A DNA stretch of 63,962 nt from assembly GCA_028701835.1 (NCBI GenBank), contig JAQVQA010000001.1, forward strand, positions 2,752 to 66,713, given 5' to 3'. The stretch's first letter is position 1, and each line of letters begins with the position of its first letter. This DNA comes from Candidatus Iainarchaeum sp. (GTDB lineage: Archaea > Iainarchaeota > Iainarchaeia > Iainarchaeales > JAAZKV01). The translations under genes were made by a program, and so were the position numbers. This document shows positions 35,082-43,278 of this stretch, one piece after another. The notes under the pieces are model-generated. The model worked only from the letters and a program-made list of their open reading frames with translations. It made no database searches and was not told the origin of the DNA.

Positions 35082-35401
35082 TCTTTCACCACTTTTTGTG
35101 CGAAGAGGTTTTTTTGCCCTTGGTTTTCTAAGTAGGTTGTTACGAAATTATTTTTTTCAAGAGTAGTTGCTTTTGGATAATATATTGTTGCAGTGTTTCC
35201 ATCGTAAAGAGTAAATATTGTAACTGGGTAATTTGAGATAACATATTCCACTCTTCCAAAAACTTTTCCTTTTAAACCATTTTTTTGAATTAATTCGCCC
35301 AAAGTTTTTTCTTCAAATTCTGGTTTGTAAGTTAGGGCAAGAAGGAGTATGCTAAATATTGTTAAAAATAAGCATAATTGCATTAAGTGTTTCTCATTCA
35401 T
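35078..35401 (-). CDS. Membrane-anchored small protein, possible OB-fold
   Basis: One N-terminal TM (LCLFLTIFSILLLAL) followed by the beta-rich GKVFGRVEYVISNYPVTIFTLYDGNTATIYY. ATGA overlap with the TctA-like gene. Confidence 0.45.
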   Translation of the reverse strand: MNEKHLMQLCLFLTIFSILLLALTYKPEFEEKTLGELIQKNGLKGKVFGRVEYVISNYPVTIFTLYDGNTATIYYPKATTLEKNNFVTTYLENQGQKNLFAQKVVKE

Positions 35402-35461
35402 TCAAAGCTTTTTGTTTTTTAGGTTTAAAAAGAACTTTTGAATTTTCGCTTATTGTCGAAT

Positions 35462-35770
35462 TCATTCAAGTTGTATGTTTATGTTTTTGATGTTTGTTTG
35501 TTGTTCTATAACTTCTTTTATTTTGTTAGTGTTAATTTGAATTAGTTTATTTAATTTGATTTTAATTGTTGGTGGATTTTTTTCATAACTGATTTTTTCA
35601 ATAAGAATTTCTTCATTACTTTTATTAATTTCTTCAAGCGTTCCTATTCTTGCATAGGCTATTGCTAGTGTTTCGTCGTGTATTTGAAAGTAAAGTGAAG
35701 TGATTAAGGACACTGATGTTATTACTATTAATAATAAGAGCATGCTTTCAAAAGCTATTTGACCTTTCAT
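35462..35770 (-). CDS. Pilin-like protein
   Basis: MKGQIAFESMLLLLIVITSVSLI N-terminus. Confidence 0.65.
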   Translation of the reverse strand: MKGQIAFESMLLLLIVITSVSLITSLYFQIHDETLAIAYARIGTLEEINKSNEEILIEKISYEKNPPTIKIKLNKLIQINTNKIKEVIEQQTNIKNINIQLE

Positions 35771-35771
35771 T

Positions 35772-36224
35772 TTATCCGCTTCTTGTAAAATTAATTTGTG
35801 AATTAGATTTTTGTATGGTTATATTCACTTTTTGAGGGCCGTTTATTTGGCTCATCGCGCATTGAATATCTATATTAGTTAAAGAATAGTCTTTTTTACA
35901 TTTTCCTTGGCTGCATTCAATTGGATAGGGTTCTTGAGTTAATTGAGTTTCAAATGATACTGTATTTTTTTCAGAATCGCATTTTATGATTGTGTTACTT
36001 GGTATAATTAATTGTAGGGTTTGTTTTGAACCGTCTGAAAATAAATTGATTTCGTTTATTGCGTTAATAATTTTTTGGAGTTCGTTATTCGCTCGTGTTA
36101 TGTTTTGAGTATCAGTTATTGTTTTTTGTGCACTTTCTACTAGGGGAATAGTTGTTGATGTCAAGTAAACTACTATAATGAGTATTAAGAAAATGAATTC
36201 AATTATTGCTTGTCCTTTTTGCAT
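35772..36224 (-). CDS. Pilin-like protein
   Basis: MQKGQAIIEFIFLILIIVVYL N-terminus. Four Cys in the C-terminal half. Confidence 0.65.
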   Translation of the reverse strand: MQKGQAIIEFIFLILIIVVYLTSTTIPLVESAQKTITDTQNITRANNELQKIINAINEINLFSDGSKQTLQLIIPSNTIIKCDSEKNTVSFETQLTQEPYPIECSQGKCKKDYSLTNIDIQCAMSQINGPQKVNITIQKSNSQINFTRSG

Positions 36225-36227
36225 AAT

Positions 36228-37349
36228 TTAAATCACTCCAAATAGTAAGAATATTGCGTCTCCTATTATTAAGCAGAGAATGTATCCTAATAGCATTGTA
36301 GGTACAAAGGGCATGCTTTCTTTTATCATCATTCTTTTTGGAATTAATCCTTTCTTTGCTAATTCTTTTACTATTTTTAATTCTTCATCATTTATTCCTC
36401 TTGCTTTGTTTGCAGATATTATTTCTTTTTTTGGTGCGAGCATTTCTTTCAAAATATTAGAGTTTTTGTTTTTGATTGCTTTTATTATTGTTTTAAAATC
36501 TAGTTGTTCTTGTTCCACAACTTTTTTTCCTTTCCAAATAAGTGTTTTTGCAGGAATCATTCCTTCTGTTAATTTTTTTACTTCTACTTGGGTGATTAGA
36601 ACTCGTTTAACAGAGAGTAGTGTTTTGAATAGGGAGTATAGGATTACGCTTATTAGTATTGCTGCGCTTAGGGCTTGGATAAATAGAGTGTTGTTTATTA
36701 TTAGTGCAATTATTGATATGATAATAGTTGCATATTTTTTATTTTCTTTTAACATACTCCAAACCAAAATTAAAGGAATTATTATAAGTGAATTAATATA
36801 GTATGTGTGTAGGATTGCGTATGTTGCTGAAGCGAATATTGCTGTGTGTATTGATAAAAGTATTTTTGGTTTCATTTCTTCAAAAATCTCTTTTTGCATT
36901 TTCTTGTTTTTATAGAGTCTTAATAGTACTATGAATATTCCATATGGAAGGAAAGCGAATAAAGAGTAAATGAATAAGGTTATTGGGAAAATAGGTGCGT
37001 TTGTGTTTGTGAATGCTCCTATTTTTATTAGTGCGGGGGTAAAGGGGTTGAGTGCACCAAGCCCCATAAATAATTTAACATCTCCTCCTGCGAATATTCC
37101 TATTTTCCACATTACCCAACCGAAACTAAATCCAATTATCATTCCTAAAAAAGAGTAAATGAATGGGAGGGGATTATTTTCCGTGATTGATTGTATCATG
37201 AATAAAATTAGTCCAATTATTGCAAGTCCGTAATTGAGTTTGTTTGGAACTATTCTTTCTTTTAAATCAGTGTATGTTGCAATAATTAATCCTATTAGGG
37301 AGATGATTATTGATAAGTAAAAAAAGGGGGTTGTTATTATTAGTTCCAT
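36228..37349 (-). CDS. Prepilin/preflagellin peptidase (A24 family, PibD/FlaK-like) with a long cytoplasmic insertion
   Basis: First catalytic Asp context YTDLKERIVPN, second in AGGDVKLFMGLG, terminal PFVPTMLLGY. An extra ~100-aa K-rich segment (aa ~240-340) precedes the last TM. Confidence 0.75.
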   Translation of the reverse strand: MELIITTPFFYLSIIISLIGLIIATYTDLKERIVPNKLNYGLAIIGLILFMIQSITENNPLPFIYSFLGMIIGFSFGWVMWKIGIFAGGDVKLFMGLGALNPFTPALIKIGAFTNTNAPIFPITLFIYSLFAFLPYGIFIVLLRLYKNKKMQKEIFEEMKPKILLSIHTAIFASATYAILHTYYINSLIIIPLILVWSMLKENKKYATIIISIIALIINNTLFIQALSAAILISVILYSLFKTLLSVKRVLITQVEVKKLTEGMIPAKTLIWKGKKVVEQEQLDFKTIIKAIKNKNSNILKEMLAPKKEIISANKARGINDEELKIVKELAKKGLIPKRMMIKESMPFVPTMLLGYILCLIIGDAIFLLFGVI

Positions 37350-37418
37350 TTCATTTAATTAGCTGTTTTTGTGTTTTTAATCTTAGCGTTTTTCTTTTTT
37401 TTTAAAATAGTTTTGTTT

Positions 37419-37592
37419 TTAGTTTGAAAAAATGTTTTCAATTACTCTTGCTCTTGCGGTTAGTATATCTGCTTGTGCTTTTAGTGCTATTCCTCTTAGT
37501 ACTTCTACTAGCACTGCAGAGAATATTGCAAGTATTATTGTGAATGAGGCGGTTAAGAGGTATTCAAATGAGATTTGTGCTTTTTCTTCCAT
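37419..37592 (-). CDS. Mini-pilin (57 aa, MEEKAQ type); not in the ORF track
   Basis: Hand translation gives MEEKAQISFEYLLTASFTIILAIFSAVLVEVLRGIALKAQADILTARARVIENIFSN. Codons are A/C-ending like other minus-strand genes. Confidence 0.55.
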   Translation of the reverse strand: MEEKAQISFEYLLTASFTIILAIFSAVLVEVLRGIALKAQADILTARARVIENIFSN

Positions 37593-37611
37593 TTTTATTT
37601 CACTTTCTTTA

Positions 37612-37995
37612 TTATTTGAAGTTAGTGCATCCGCCTAAAAGTGGTTCATCCTTCCATATTGCTAGTTCTTTGCAATTGTTCATTCCTGGTGTTTCAATGA
37701 TTCCAGTTTTTTCATTAACCCCGCTTATTGTTGAATCGCATAAGTAGCATCCGCATTCAAAGCTTTGTACGTTCAGGGTATTGCACATAAAATCGTATTG
37801 TTGTTGGTTTCCTGCTTTTTGTATTGGGCCTATTGAACTGCTAATAAATGAGATTACTATTGCTACTACTACTATTGATGCTGCGATTAGCATTAGGTAT
37901 TCTAGTGCGCCTTGTGCGAGTGGTTTTTCTGCTGGCGTTTTTTTAAAGGATTGTTTTAGTGCTCGTTTTGTTTTTGAATATTTTTTTAGAATCAT
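37612..37995 (-). CDS. Pilin-like protein with a long basic leader and a Cys-rich C-terminal domain
   Basis: KPLAQGALEYLMLIAASIVVVAIVISF follows a 27-aa K-rich leader. Seven Cys in the last 65 aa. Confidence 0.6.
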   Translation of the reverse strand: MILKKYSKTKRALKQSFKKTPAEKPLAQGALEYLMLIAASIVVVAIVISFISSSIGPIQKAGNQQQYDFMCNTLNVQSFECGCYLCDSTISGVNEKTGIIETPGMNNCKELAIWKDEPLLGGCTNFK

Positions 37996-38054
37996 TATTT
38001 AATTAATTAATTCAAGTATATAAGCCTTTTATTTTGGGTTTGATTTTTGATTCA

Positions 38055-38087
38055 AAAAAATAGGTTTGAAAAAAGACTTTTTTCAAA
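38055..38087 (-). terminator. Strong hairpin plus T7 after the 60-aa mini-pilin gene
   Basis: On the minus strand, TTTGAAAAAAG-T-CTTTTTTCAAA (11-bp arms) followed by CCTATTTTTTT, 34 nt after the stop at 38121. Confidence 0.5.
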
Positions 38088-38120
38088 GCCTTTTTTCATT
38101 TCTAAAAAATTATTTTACTT

Positions 38121-38303
38121 TTATTCTAATCCGCCTTCAGTTTTCAATTTTTCTTTCGCGTCGTTTAAATCGTTCATATCGCCTTGTTCTTCAGTTGCTC
38201 CAGTTAGTACTCCTGATAATGCGATTATTACTATTGCAACAACTAGGATAGCTGCTCCAATTATGAGTAAGTATTCTATTGCTCCTTGTGCTTTTTGCTC
38301 CAT
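38121..38303 (-). CDS. Mini-pilin (60 aa), candidate major pilin
   Basis: MEQKAQGAIEYLLIIGAAILVVAIVIIAL matches the archaeal class III signal-peptide/pilin N-terminus. Strong SD AAGGAGGG upstream and a strong terminator downstream. Confidence 0.7.
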   Translation of the reverse strand: MEQKAQGAIEYLLIIGAAILVVAIVIIALSGVLTGATEEQGDMNDLNDAKEKLKTEGGLE

Positions 38304-38385
38304 TGGTTTTCCCTCCTTTTCTGTTAAAAATAACTTGATTTTAATAGGGTTTTTGTATTTTTAAACCTTGCTTTTTGTTTTTTTT

Positions 38386-38532
38386 TTAATTAATTTTTTC
38401 TGCTTGTTCTTTTGTTGTTTCTACTGCCGTGTTTGCGCTTGATTTTATTGCTATTGATACTATTGTTACTAGTGCTATTCCTGCAAGCGCTATTAGTAGC
38501 CATTCTAGTGGGACTTGTGCTTTTTCTTCCAT
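38386..38532 (-). CDS. Mini-pilin (48 aa, MEEKAQ type); not in the ORF track
   Basis: Hand translation gives MEEKAQVPLEWLLIALAGIALVTIVSIAIKSSANTAVETTKEQAEKIN. Its ATG overlaps the TGA of the upstream T2SF-like gene (TGATG). Confidence 0.55.
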   Translation of the reverse strand: MEEKAQVPLEWLLIALAGIALVTIVSIAIKSSANTAVETTKEQAEKIN

Positions 38533-39500
38533 CATAGTGAACCAACAACCATTCCTGTAATAATTATTTTTGATGCATGGTATACAATAAATGCTATGAG
38601 TAGTAGGATTGGGATGTATATAATGCTTTTGTTTATTTTTCCTTCATTGATTAGGCTCATCATTATTCCTGATCCGATTACTTCTATTATAATGTATAAT
38701 TGGATTATTGTTGTTATGAAATTGTCGCTAGTTGCATCCATGTTTATTTCTCTTGCTCCTATTGAAGTGAATCCTGTTATTACAGCCCCTATTTCTCCAA
38801 AAATCATTGGTGCAATAAATCCTCCTGCTGCTACTAGGAAGAGGAATTGCATTGTTGTGCTTGCTTTTCTATCTTCTTTTAGTCTTTCGTAGTCTCTTAA
38901 ATCGTCTGCAATTTCGTTTAGTATGTCTGATAGGGAGGAACCTGTTTTTATTGAGTCAAGAATTATTTTAACTGTTCTTTTTATTCTTTCTGAATCTATT
39001 CTATTAGCAAATCCCATTAAGGCAGTGTCTAAGTTTTCTCCGTCTTCCATTCTTCTTAGTGCAAGTTGCATTTCTTCGGATAATCTTCCATAATCTGCTT
39101 CAACTACTTCTCTTAATGCGTTTTCGTAAGTGTCTCCTGCTCTTAGAGTATCCGCCATTTGTTTTAGGGCATCACTAAAATTTTTTTCAACGCTTTCAAC
39201 TAGCGTCTCTTTTTTTAGATAGGGGTATCCAATCATTAGAATTACTACTGCTAAAAAGAATGTGAATGGGATTAGAGTGAATTCTGGAATTAGTAGTGTG
39301 CTTAGTGCGTAGGATATTATCCCCATGAATATTCCTGTTAGTATTGATGCTCCTATCCAAATTGGTGCGGGGTAATTTATTTGACTAAAATCGAGCCAGT
39401 ATTGGTATTTTTGGATTATTGTATTGTCAATTAATTTTGAGTATATTTCACTCATTAGTGAATTTAGTTTATTGTCTTGGTTTTTTAGGTTCATATTCAA
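38532..39500 (-). CDS. Type II secretion system F-domain membrane protein (PilC/TadC-like half)
   Basis: One T2SF domain: LKQMADTLRAGDTYENALREV plus 3-4 TM. Abuts the preceding half gene with a 0-nt gap. Confidence 0.7.
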   Translation of the reverse strand: MNMNLKNQDNKLNSLMSEIYSKLIDNTIIQKYQYWLDFSQINYPAPIWIGASILTGIFMGIISYALSTLLIPEFTLIPFTFFLAVVILMIGYPYLKKETLVESVEKNFSDALKQMADTLRAGDTYENALREVVEADYGRLSEEMQLALRRMEDGENLDTALMGFANRIDSERIKRTVKIILDSIKTGSSLSDILNEIADDLRDYERLKEDRKASTTMQFLFLVAAGGFIAPMIFGEIGAVITGFTSIGAREINMDATSDNFITTIIQLYIIIEVIGSGIMMSLINEGKINKSIIYIPILLLIAFIVYHASKIIITGMVVGSL

Positions 39501-40616
39501 TCACACTTTTGGTTGGGATGCATAAACAAAGTAATTTAATAAAATAAAAATTATTGGCATTATTATTAAATAAAATATTATCATTACTTGTGGGGTTAGG
39601 GGTACTGCTTTGAATAGTTCTGTTCCTCCACTTGTTGTAGAGTTTCTTATTGCCCCTAGTATTAGTATTGCTGTGGGCATTACTATGCATACGAAAATAA
39701 ATATTACTGCAAAGAAATTCATTTTTTGAGCAAAAGTATTTATTTTGTTTTTCAAATCGTCGGAAACGTCTTTGGCTATTTCGTTCATTATGTCAGATAA
39801 GTTTCCTCCTACCCTCATTGCTCTTAGCATGTGGTTTATTGCGCTTTTTAGGGGTTTGCTTTGTGTTCTTAGGGCTAAGTGTTTTAGTGCGTCGCTTGTT
39901 TCGGTGCCTTCTTCTATTTCGGTTATGCTTCTAGCAAATTCTTCGCTTAGTACTCCGTAATTTGATGCTGTTACTGCTTGTATTGTTTTGTATAATCCTA
40001 AACCTGCTCTTAGTTCTGTTGCCATGTGTCTTAAAGCAAATGGTAGTTCTGCTGTGCATGCGTTTCCTCTAGCAATTGCTCTTTGTTTTGGTATATTAAT
40101 TATTATTATAGTTGCTATTATTGGAGTCATTGTTGCAAAAATTATGGGGATTGTTGTTGCAAGAGCATAGTTTTTTGTTGCGGTTGCTAGTATAATTCCT
40201 AAAAATAATCCTATAATTAATCCAAAGAAGAATGAGATTAGTGTTCCTGCGCTGGTTAGTGCTAGGTATTGGTTTGCAGAGTAATTCATGTTTGCGGAGT
40301 ATAAGTAGTATCCTACTTCGTTAGTTAAAGGAAATTTTTTTAACCCTTCTTTTAATGGTAAGAGGTATTTTTTTAGTTTTAAATAAAAGTTTCCAACGTC
40401 TTGTGCGAGTTTTGAGTTGAATGATTCCAAATCTTCTTTGTTCAAAATATCTGCTTTTGCATAAGTGTCTTCTTCAATTATTCCTCTTAATTCTTTTAAT
40501 CCTCCCGAAACTTCTTCAAACTCCATTCCTTCCATTCGGTATTTTTTTTTCATTGTTTCAACGATTTGGTTTACTTCTTCTTGATCTGCACTGGTTTCAA
40601 ATTTCATAATCTTCAC
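39501..40616 (-). CDS. Type II secretion system F-domain membrane protein (PilC/TadB-like half)
   Basis: One T2SF domain: ALRHMATELRAGLGLYKTIQAV plus TM segments. Overlaps the ATPase gene end by 20 nt. Confidence 0.7.
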   Translation of the reverse strand: MKIMKFETSADQEEVNQIVETMKKKYRMEGMEFEEVSGGLKELRGIIEEDTYAKADILNKEDLESFNSKLAQDVGNFYLKLKKYLLPLKEGLKKFPLTNEVGYYLYSANMNYSANQYLALTSAGTLISFFFGLIIGLFLGIILATATKNYALATTIPIIFATMTPIIATIIIINIPKQRAIARGNACTAELPFALRHMATELRAGLGLYKTIQAVTASNYGVLSEEFARSITEIEEGTETSDALKHLALRTQSKPLKSAINHMLRAMRVGGNLSDIMNEIAKDVSDDLKNKINTFAQKMNFFAVIFIFVCIVMPTAILILGAIRNSTTSGGTELFKAVPLTPQVMIIFYLIIMPIIFILLNYFVYASQPKV

Positions 40617-42306
40617 CAGCCATTTTTTTGCGTTCTAAGAAATCTTTTCCTTTTTGAGAAACTTCGCCTAGTTCTCTGATATTTTTTTCTTTTAGTTCTT
40701 CTAAGAATTTTTGTCTTGCAACAAGTTCTGCTTCTATTCTTTCTCTGCCGTATCCAGTAAAGTTTTGAAGTATTTTTAGGTACTTGCTTTCAATTAGTGT
40801 TCTTTCAAGCGAGTCCTTAATTGGGTCTCTTTGGAATATTGTCTCTGTTTTTGTTTTTCCTTCCATTGAACCATAAACTTCTGCAATCTCACTTATCCTC
40901 CTAATAGTTCCTTTTTTTCTATCATAATACCTGTGTTCTACTATAATAAAGTCAAGTCCTGATAGCATTACTTGGGGGACATTCATTGGAGGGGAGGTTA
41001 CACGCACTATTGTTTCTTCTGCACTGTTTGCGTGTACTGTTCCTAGTGAACCATCGTGTCCAGTGTTTAGGGCAGTGAATAGAGTGAATGCTTCTTCGTG
41101 TCTTATTTCTCCAACAATTATTCTATCTGGTCTCATTCTTAAAGAGTTTTTTGTTAGTACATCCATTCTTAGTTCGCCTGTTCCTTCAAGTCCTGGGGGT
41201 CTTGCTTCGAGTCTAATCCAGTGTTTTATTGGTAAACTTAATTCAGCAGTGTCTTCTATTGTTATTACTCTTTCCCTATCCGGGACAAATGATGCGAGTA
41301 CATTTAAGAGAGTTGTTTTTCCTGAACCAGTTCCTCCAGCGATTAGTATGTTAGCTGGTTTTGTTCCAAATCCGTCAACGCATAACCAAAGGAATGCAGC
41401 TGCTTCGCTTGAGAGGGTGCCCATGCTTATTAAATCAATTATAGAGTAAGGGTCTTGTCTGAATTTTCTTATAGTAACTGTTCCTCCGCTTATTGAGGCA
41501 GGGGGTATTGTTGCGTTTACTCTTGAACCATCAGTTAGTCTTGCATCAAGCAAGGGGGCAGCTACATCGACTCTTCGCCCTATTTCTCTTGCAATTTTGT
41601 TTACTAGGTCCTCTATTTCTTGTTCTGAGTAGAATTCAATGTTTGTTAGCATCATTTCGTATTCTCTGTGGAAAACATAAACAGGTTTTTTTGGGCCTAC
41701 TATCATTATTTCTTCTAATTGATCGTCTTTAATTAAATCATCAATTAACCCGTAACCAACCATTTCTCTTACAACTGCTTCTGCATAAAAGTTTGTTCTA
41801 CTTTCAGGTATTCTTAGGGAAGGATTGTTCTTTATTATTTCAATTATTTTTTGTTTGTAAATTACTCTTCTCTCTTCAGGGTTTCTTATTTTGTAGGGTG
41901 CTATTGAAATTAGTCTTGTTGTAGCTTCTTTTAGAGTATTAATTATTTTTCTTTCTACTCCGCTTGGTCTAATTGTGGGTGTGAAATAGTATGCTAGTGA
42001 TTTTCCGGGAACCTTATATATTTTTACTTTCCCATAACTCTTAACCTCAACTTTTTTAGTAGTGTCAAGTTCTTTCTCTATTTCTGTTTTTGCCCCAAGT
42101 TCACTCTCTTCAACATCTTCTTTTTGATCTTGTTTAGTTATTAATTCTTTCAAATCTTTTTTCTTTATTTCTTGAGCAATTTGCTCTTCTTTGTCCTCTA
42201 CTTTTTCTTGTTTTGTTTTTTGTTCACTAGTATCATTAGTTACTTGGTTTTGTGCAGTAGTTGCTTTTGCTTGTCCTATAATATCTTCAAGGTAATCTGT
42301 AGGCAT
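40597..42306 (-). CDS. Type IV pilus assembly ATPase (PilB/ArlI family)
   Basis: Walker A IAGGTGSGKTTLLN, LDARLTDGSRVNAT, RPDRIIVGEIRHEEA, and GSLGTVHAN. Acidic/basic low-complexity N-terminal ~90 aa. Confidence 0.85.
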   Translation of the reverse strand: MPTDYLEDIIGQAKATTAQNQVTNDTSEQKTKQEKVEDKEEQIAQEIKKKDLKELITKQDQKEDVEESELGAKTEIEKELDTTKKVEVKSYGKVKIYKVPGKSLAYYFTPTIRPSGVERKIINTLKEATTRLISIAPYKIRNPEERRVIYKQKIIEIIKNNPSLRIPESRTNFYAEAVVREMVGYGLIDDLIKDDQLEEIMIVGPKKPVYVFHREYEMMLTNIEFYSEQEIEDLVNKIAREIGRRVDVAAPLLDARLTDGSRVNATIPPASISGGTVTIRKFRQDPYSIIDLISMGTLSSEAAAFLWLCVDGFGTKPANILIAGGTGSGKTTLLNVLASFVPDRERVITIEDTAELSLPIKHWIRLEARPPGLEGTGELRMDVLTKNSLRMRPDRIIVGEIRHEEAFTLFTALNTGHDGSLGTVHANSAEETIVRVTSPPMNVPQVMLSGLDFIIVEHRYYDRKKGTIRRISEIAEVYGSMEGKTKTETIFQRDPIKDSLERTLIESKYLKILQNFTGYGRERIEAELVARQKFLEELKEKNIRELGEVSQKGKDFLERKKMAGEDYEI

Positions 42307-42388
42307 AGTAGAATCTTTTAGGTTTTTCTAGTTATTTAAAGTTTGCTTGTAACAAAAATATCTCTTCTTTATTTAGGATTTAAATTAG

Positions 42389-42832
42389 TTATTTTTTTAT
42401 TCGAGAGCATTTTCCTTTACCACACAAACATAAGAATTCTTTGCAAAATTCTTTTCCACCTTGTTGCTTATAATATTTGCATGTTTGCCAAGGCATTAGG
42501 TTTGAATTATTCTCTTTTTTCTCTATTTCAAAACTTGGTTCTATCACTATCGCATCGTCTCTAATTATATTAACTGGTTGAACTTCTTGTTTTGTTGTTA
42601 GTATTATAGTTTCTTCTTTTTTAGGGATTTCTTCATATACTCTTGCCCTAAAATTTTTTGGGTAAAGCATTTTTTCAATCTCGCTACCTGAAGGAGTATA
42701 CATTGCTTGTTTTTGTGTGGTTATTGTTCCTGCTTTTGGTCTAGGCATTTTTTGTATGTCGATGCTTTGTCCCATTGAAATCATTTTTGCATTCATTCGC
42801 CTAGTGTCTTCAATTATTGAACTAAAAGCCAT
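42389..42832 (-). CDS. Hypothetical protein with a C-terminal Cys4 motif (paralog 1)
   Basis: C-terminus WQTCKYYKQQGGKEFCKEFLCLCGKGKCSRIKK. GGGTGATAACAAA precedes the ATG at 42832; the track ORF extends to 42922. Confidence 0.55.
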   Translation of the reverse strand: MAFSSIIEDTRRMNAKMISMGQSIDIQKMPRPKAGTITTQKQAMYTPSGSEIEKMLYPKNFRARVYEEIPKKEETIILTTKQEVQPVNIIRDDAIVIEPSFEIEKKENNSNLMPWQTCKYYKQQGGKEFCKEFLCLCGKGKCSRIKK

Positions 42833-42864
42833 TTTGTTATCACCCTTATAAAAATAATTTCCTT

Positions 42865-43278
42865 CTAGTTTTTTGCTCTTCTGCATTTTTCTTTTGCGCA
42901 TAGCGAGTGGTACTCTGAGCAAAAATCCATTCCTGAACTATTCTTCCTATATTTGCAGTTCTCCCAACTAGTATTTGACCCTGATTGTAAGTTTGAGTTT
43001 GATGCACTTGCAATGTTTCTTATTATGCTCCCGTGTCTTGGGTCAGTTGATTGGTTTGAAAAGTAATTCCTTGTTTGGGGTATATATCCTGTTATTTGGG
43101 AATCTTTGTAAGAAATATCTCTTTTTTGAGTAGTTGGTTTTGGATTTTCTAGTATTGCGTCAGTTATATCATTTTGCGCGATTTGTGGGGTATTTCTTTG
43201 AACGAGTATATTTTTTCGTACATCTTTTACAATATTTCCAAAAGCCAAATTTTTCACCTTTGCAATTATCAATTGCAC
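42865..43278 (-). CDS. Hypothetical protein with a C-terminal Cys4 motif (paralog 2)
   Basis: C-terminus WENCKYRKNSSGMDFCSEYHSLCAKEKCRRAKN aligns with paralog 1 (W-x2-C-K-Y-x-K-x3-G-x2-F-C-x-E-x4-C-x-K-x-K-C-x-R). First gene of the operon, GTG start. Confidence 0.5.
   Translation of the reverse strand: MQLIIAKVKNLAFGNIVKDVRKNILVQRNTPQIAQNDITDAILENPKPTTQKRDISYKDSQITGYIPQTRNYFSNQSTDPRHGSIIRNIASASNSNLQSGSNTSWENCKYRKNSSGMDFCSEYHSLCAKEKCRRAKN

Noticed and set aside
38515-38892. 125-aa + strand ORF, and the 39469-39690 minus-strand ORF, within the T2SF-like genes
   Set aside because: One is antisense and the other an alternative frame of well-supported membrane-protein genes. Their hydrophobic or low-complexity composition is a by-product.
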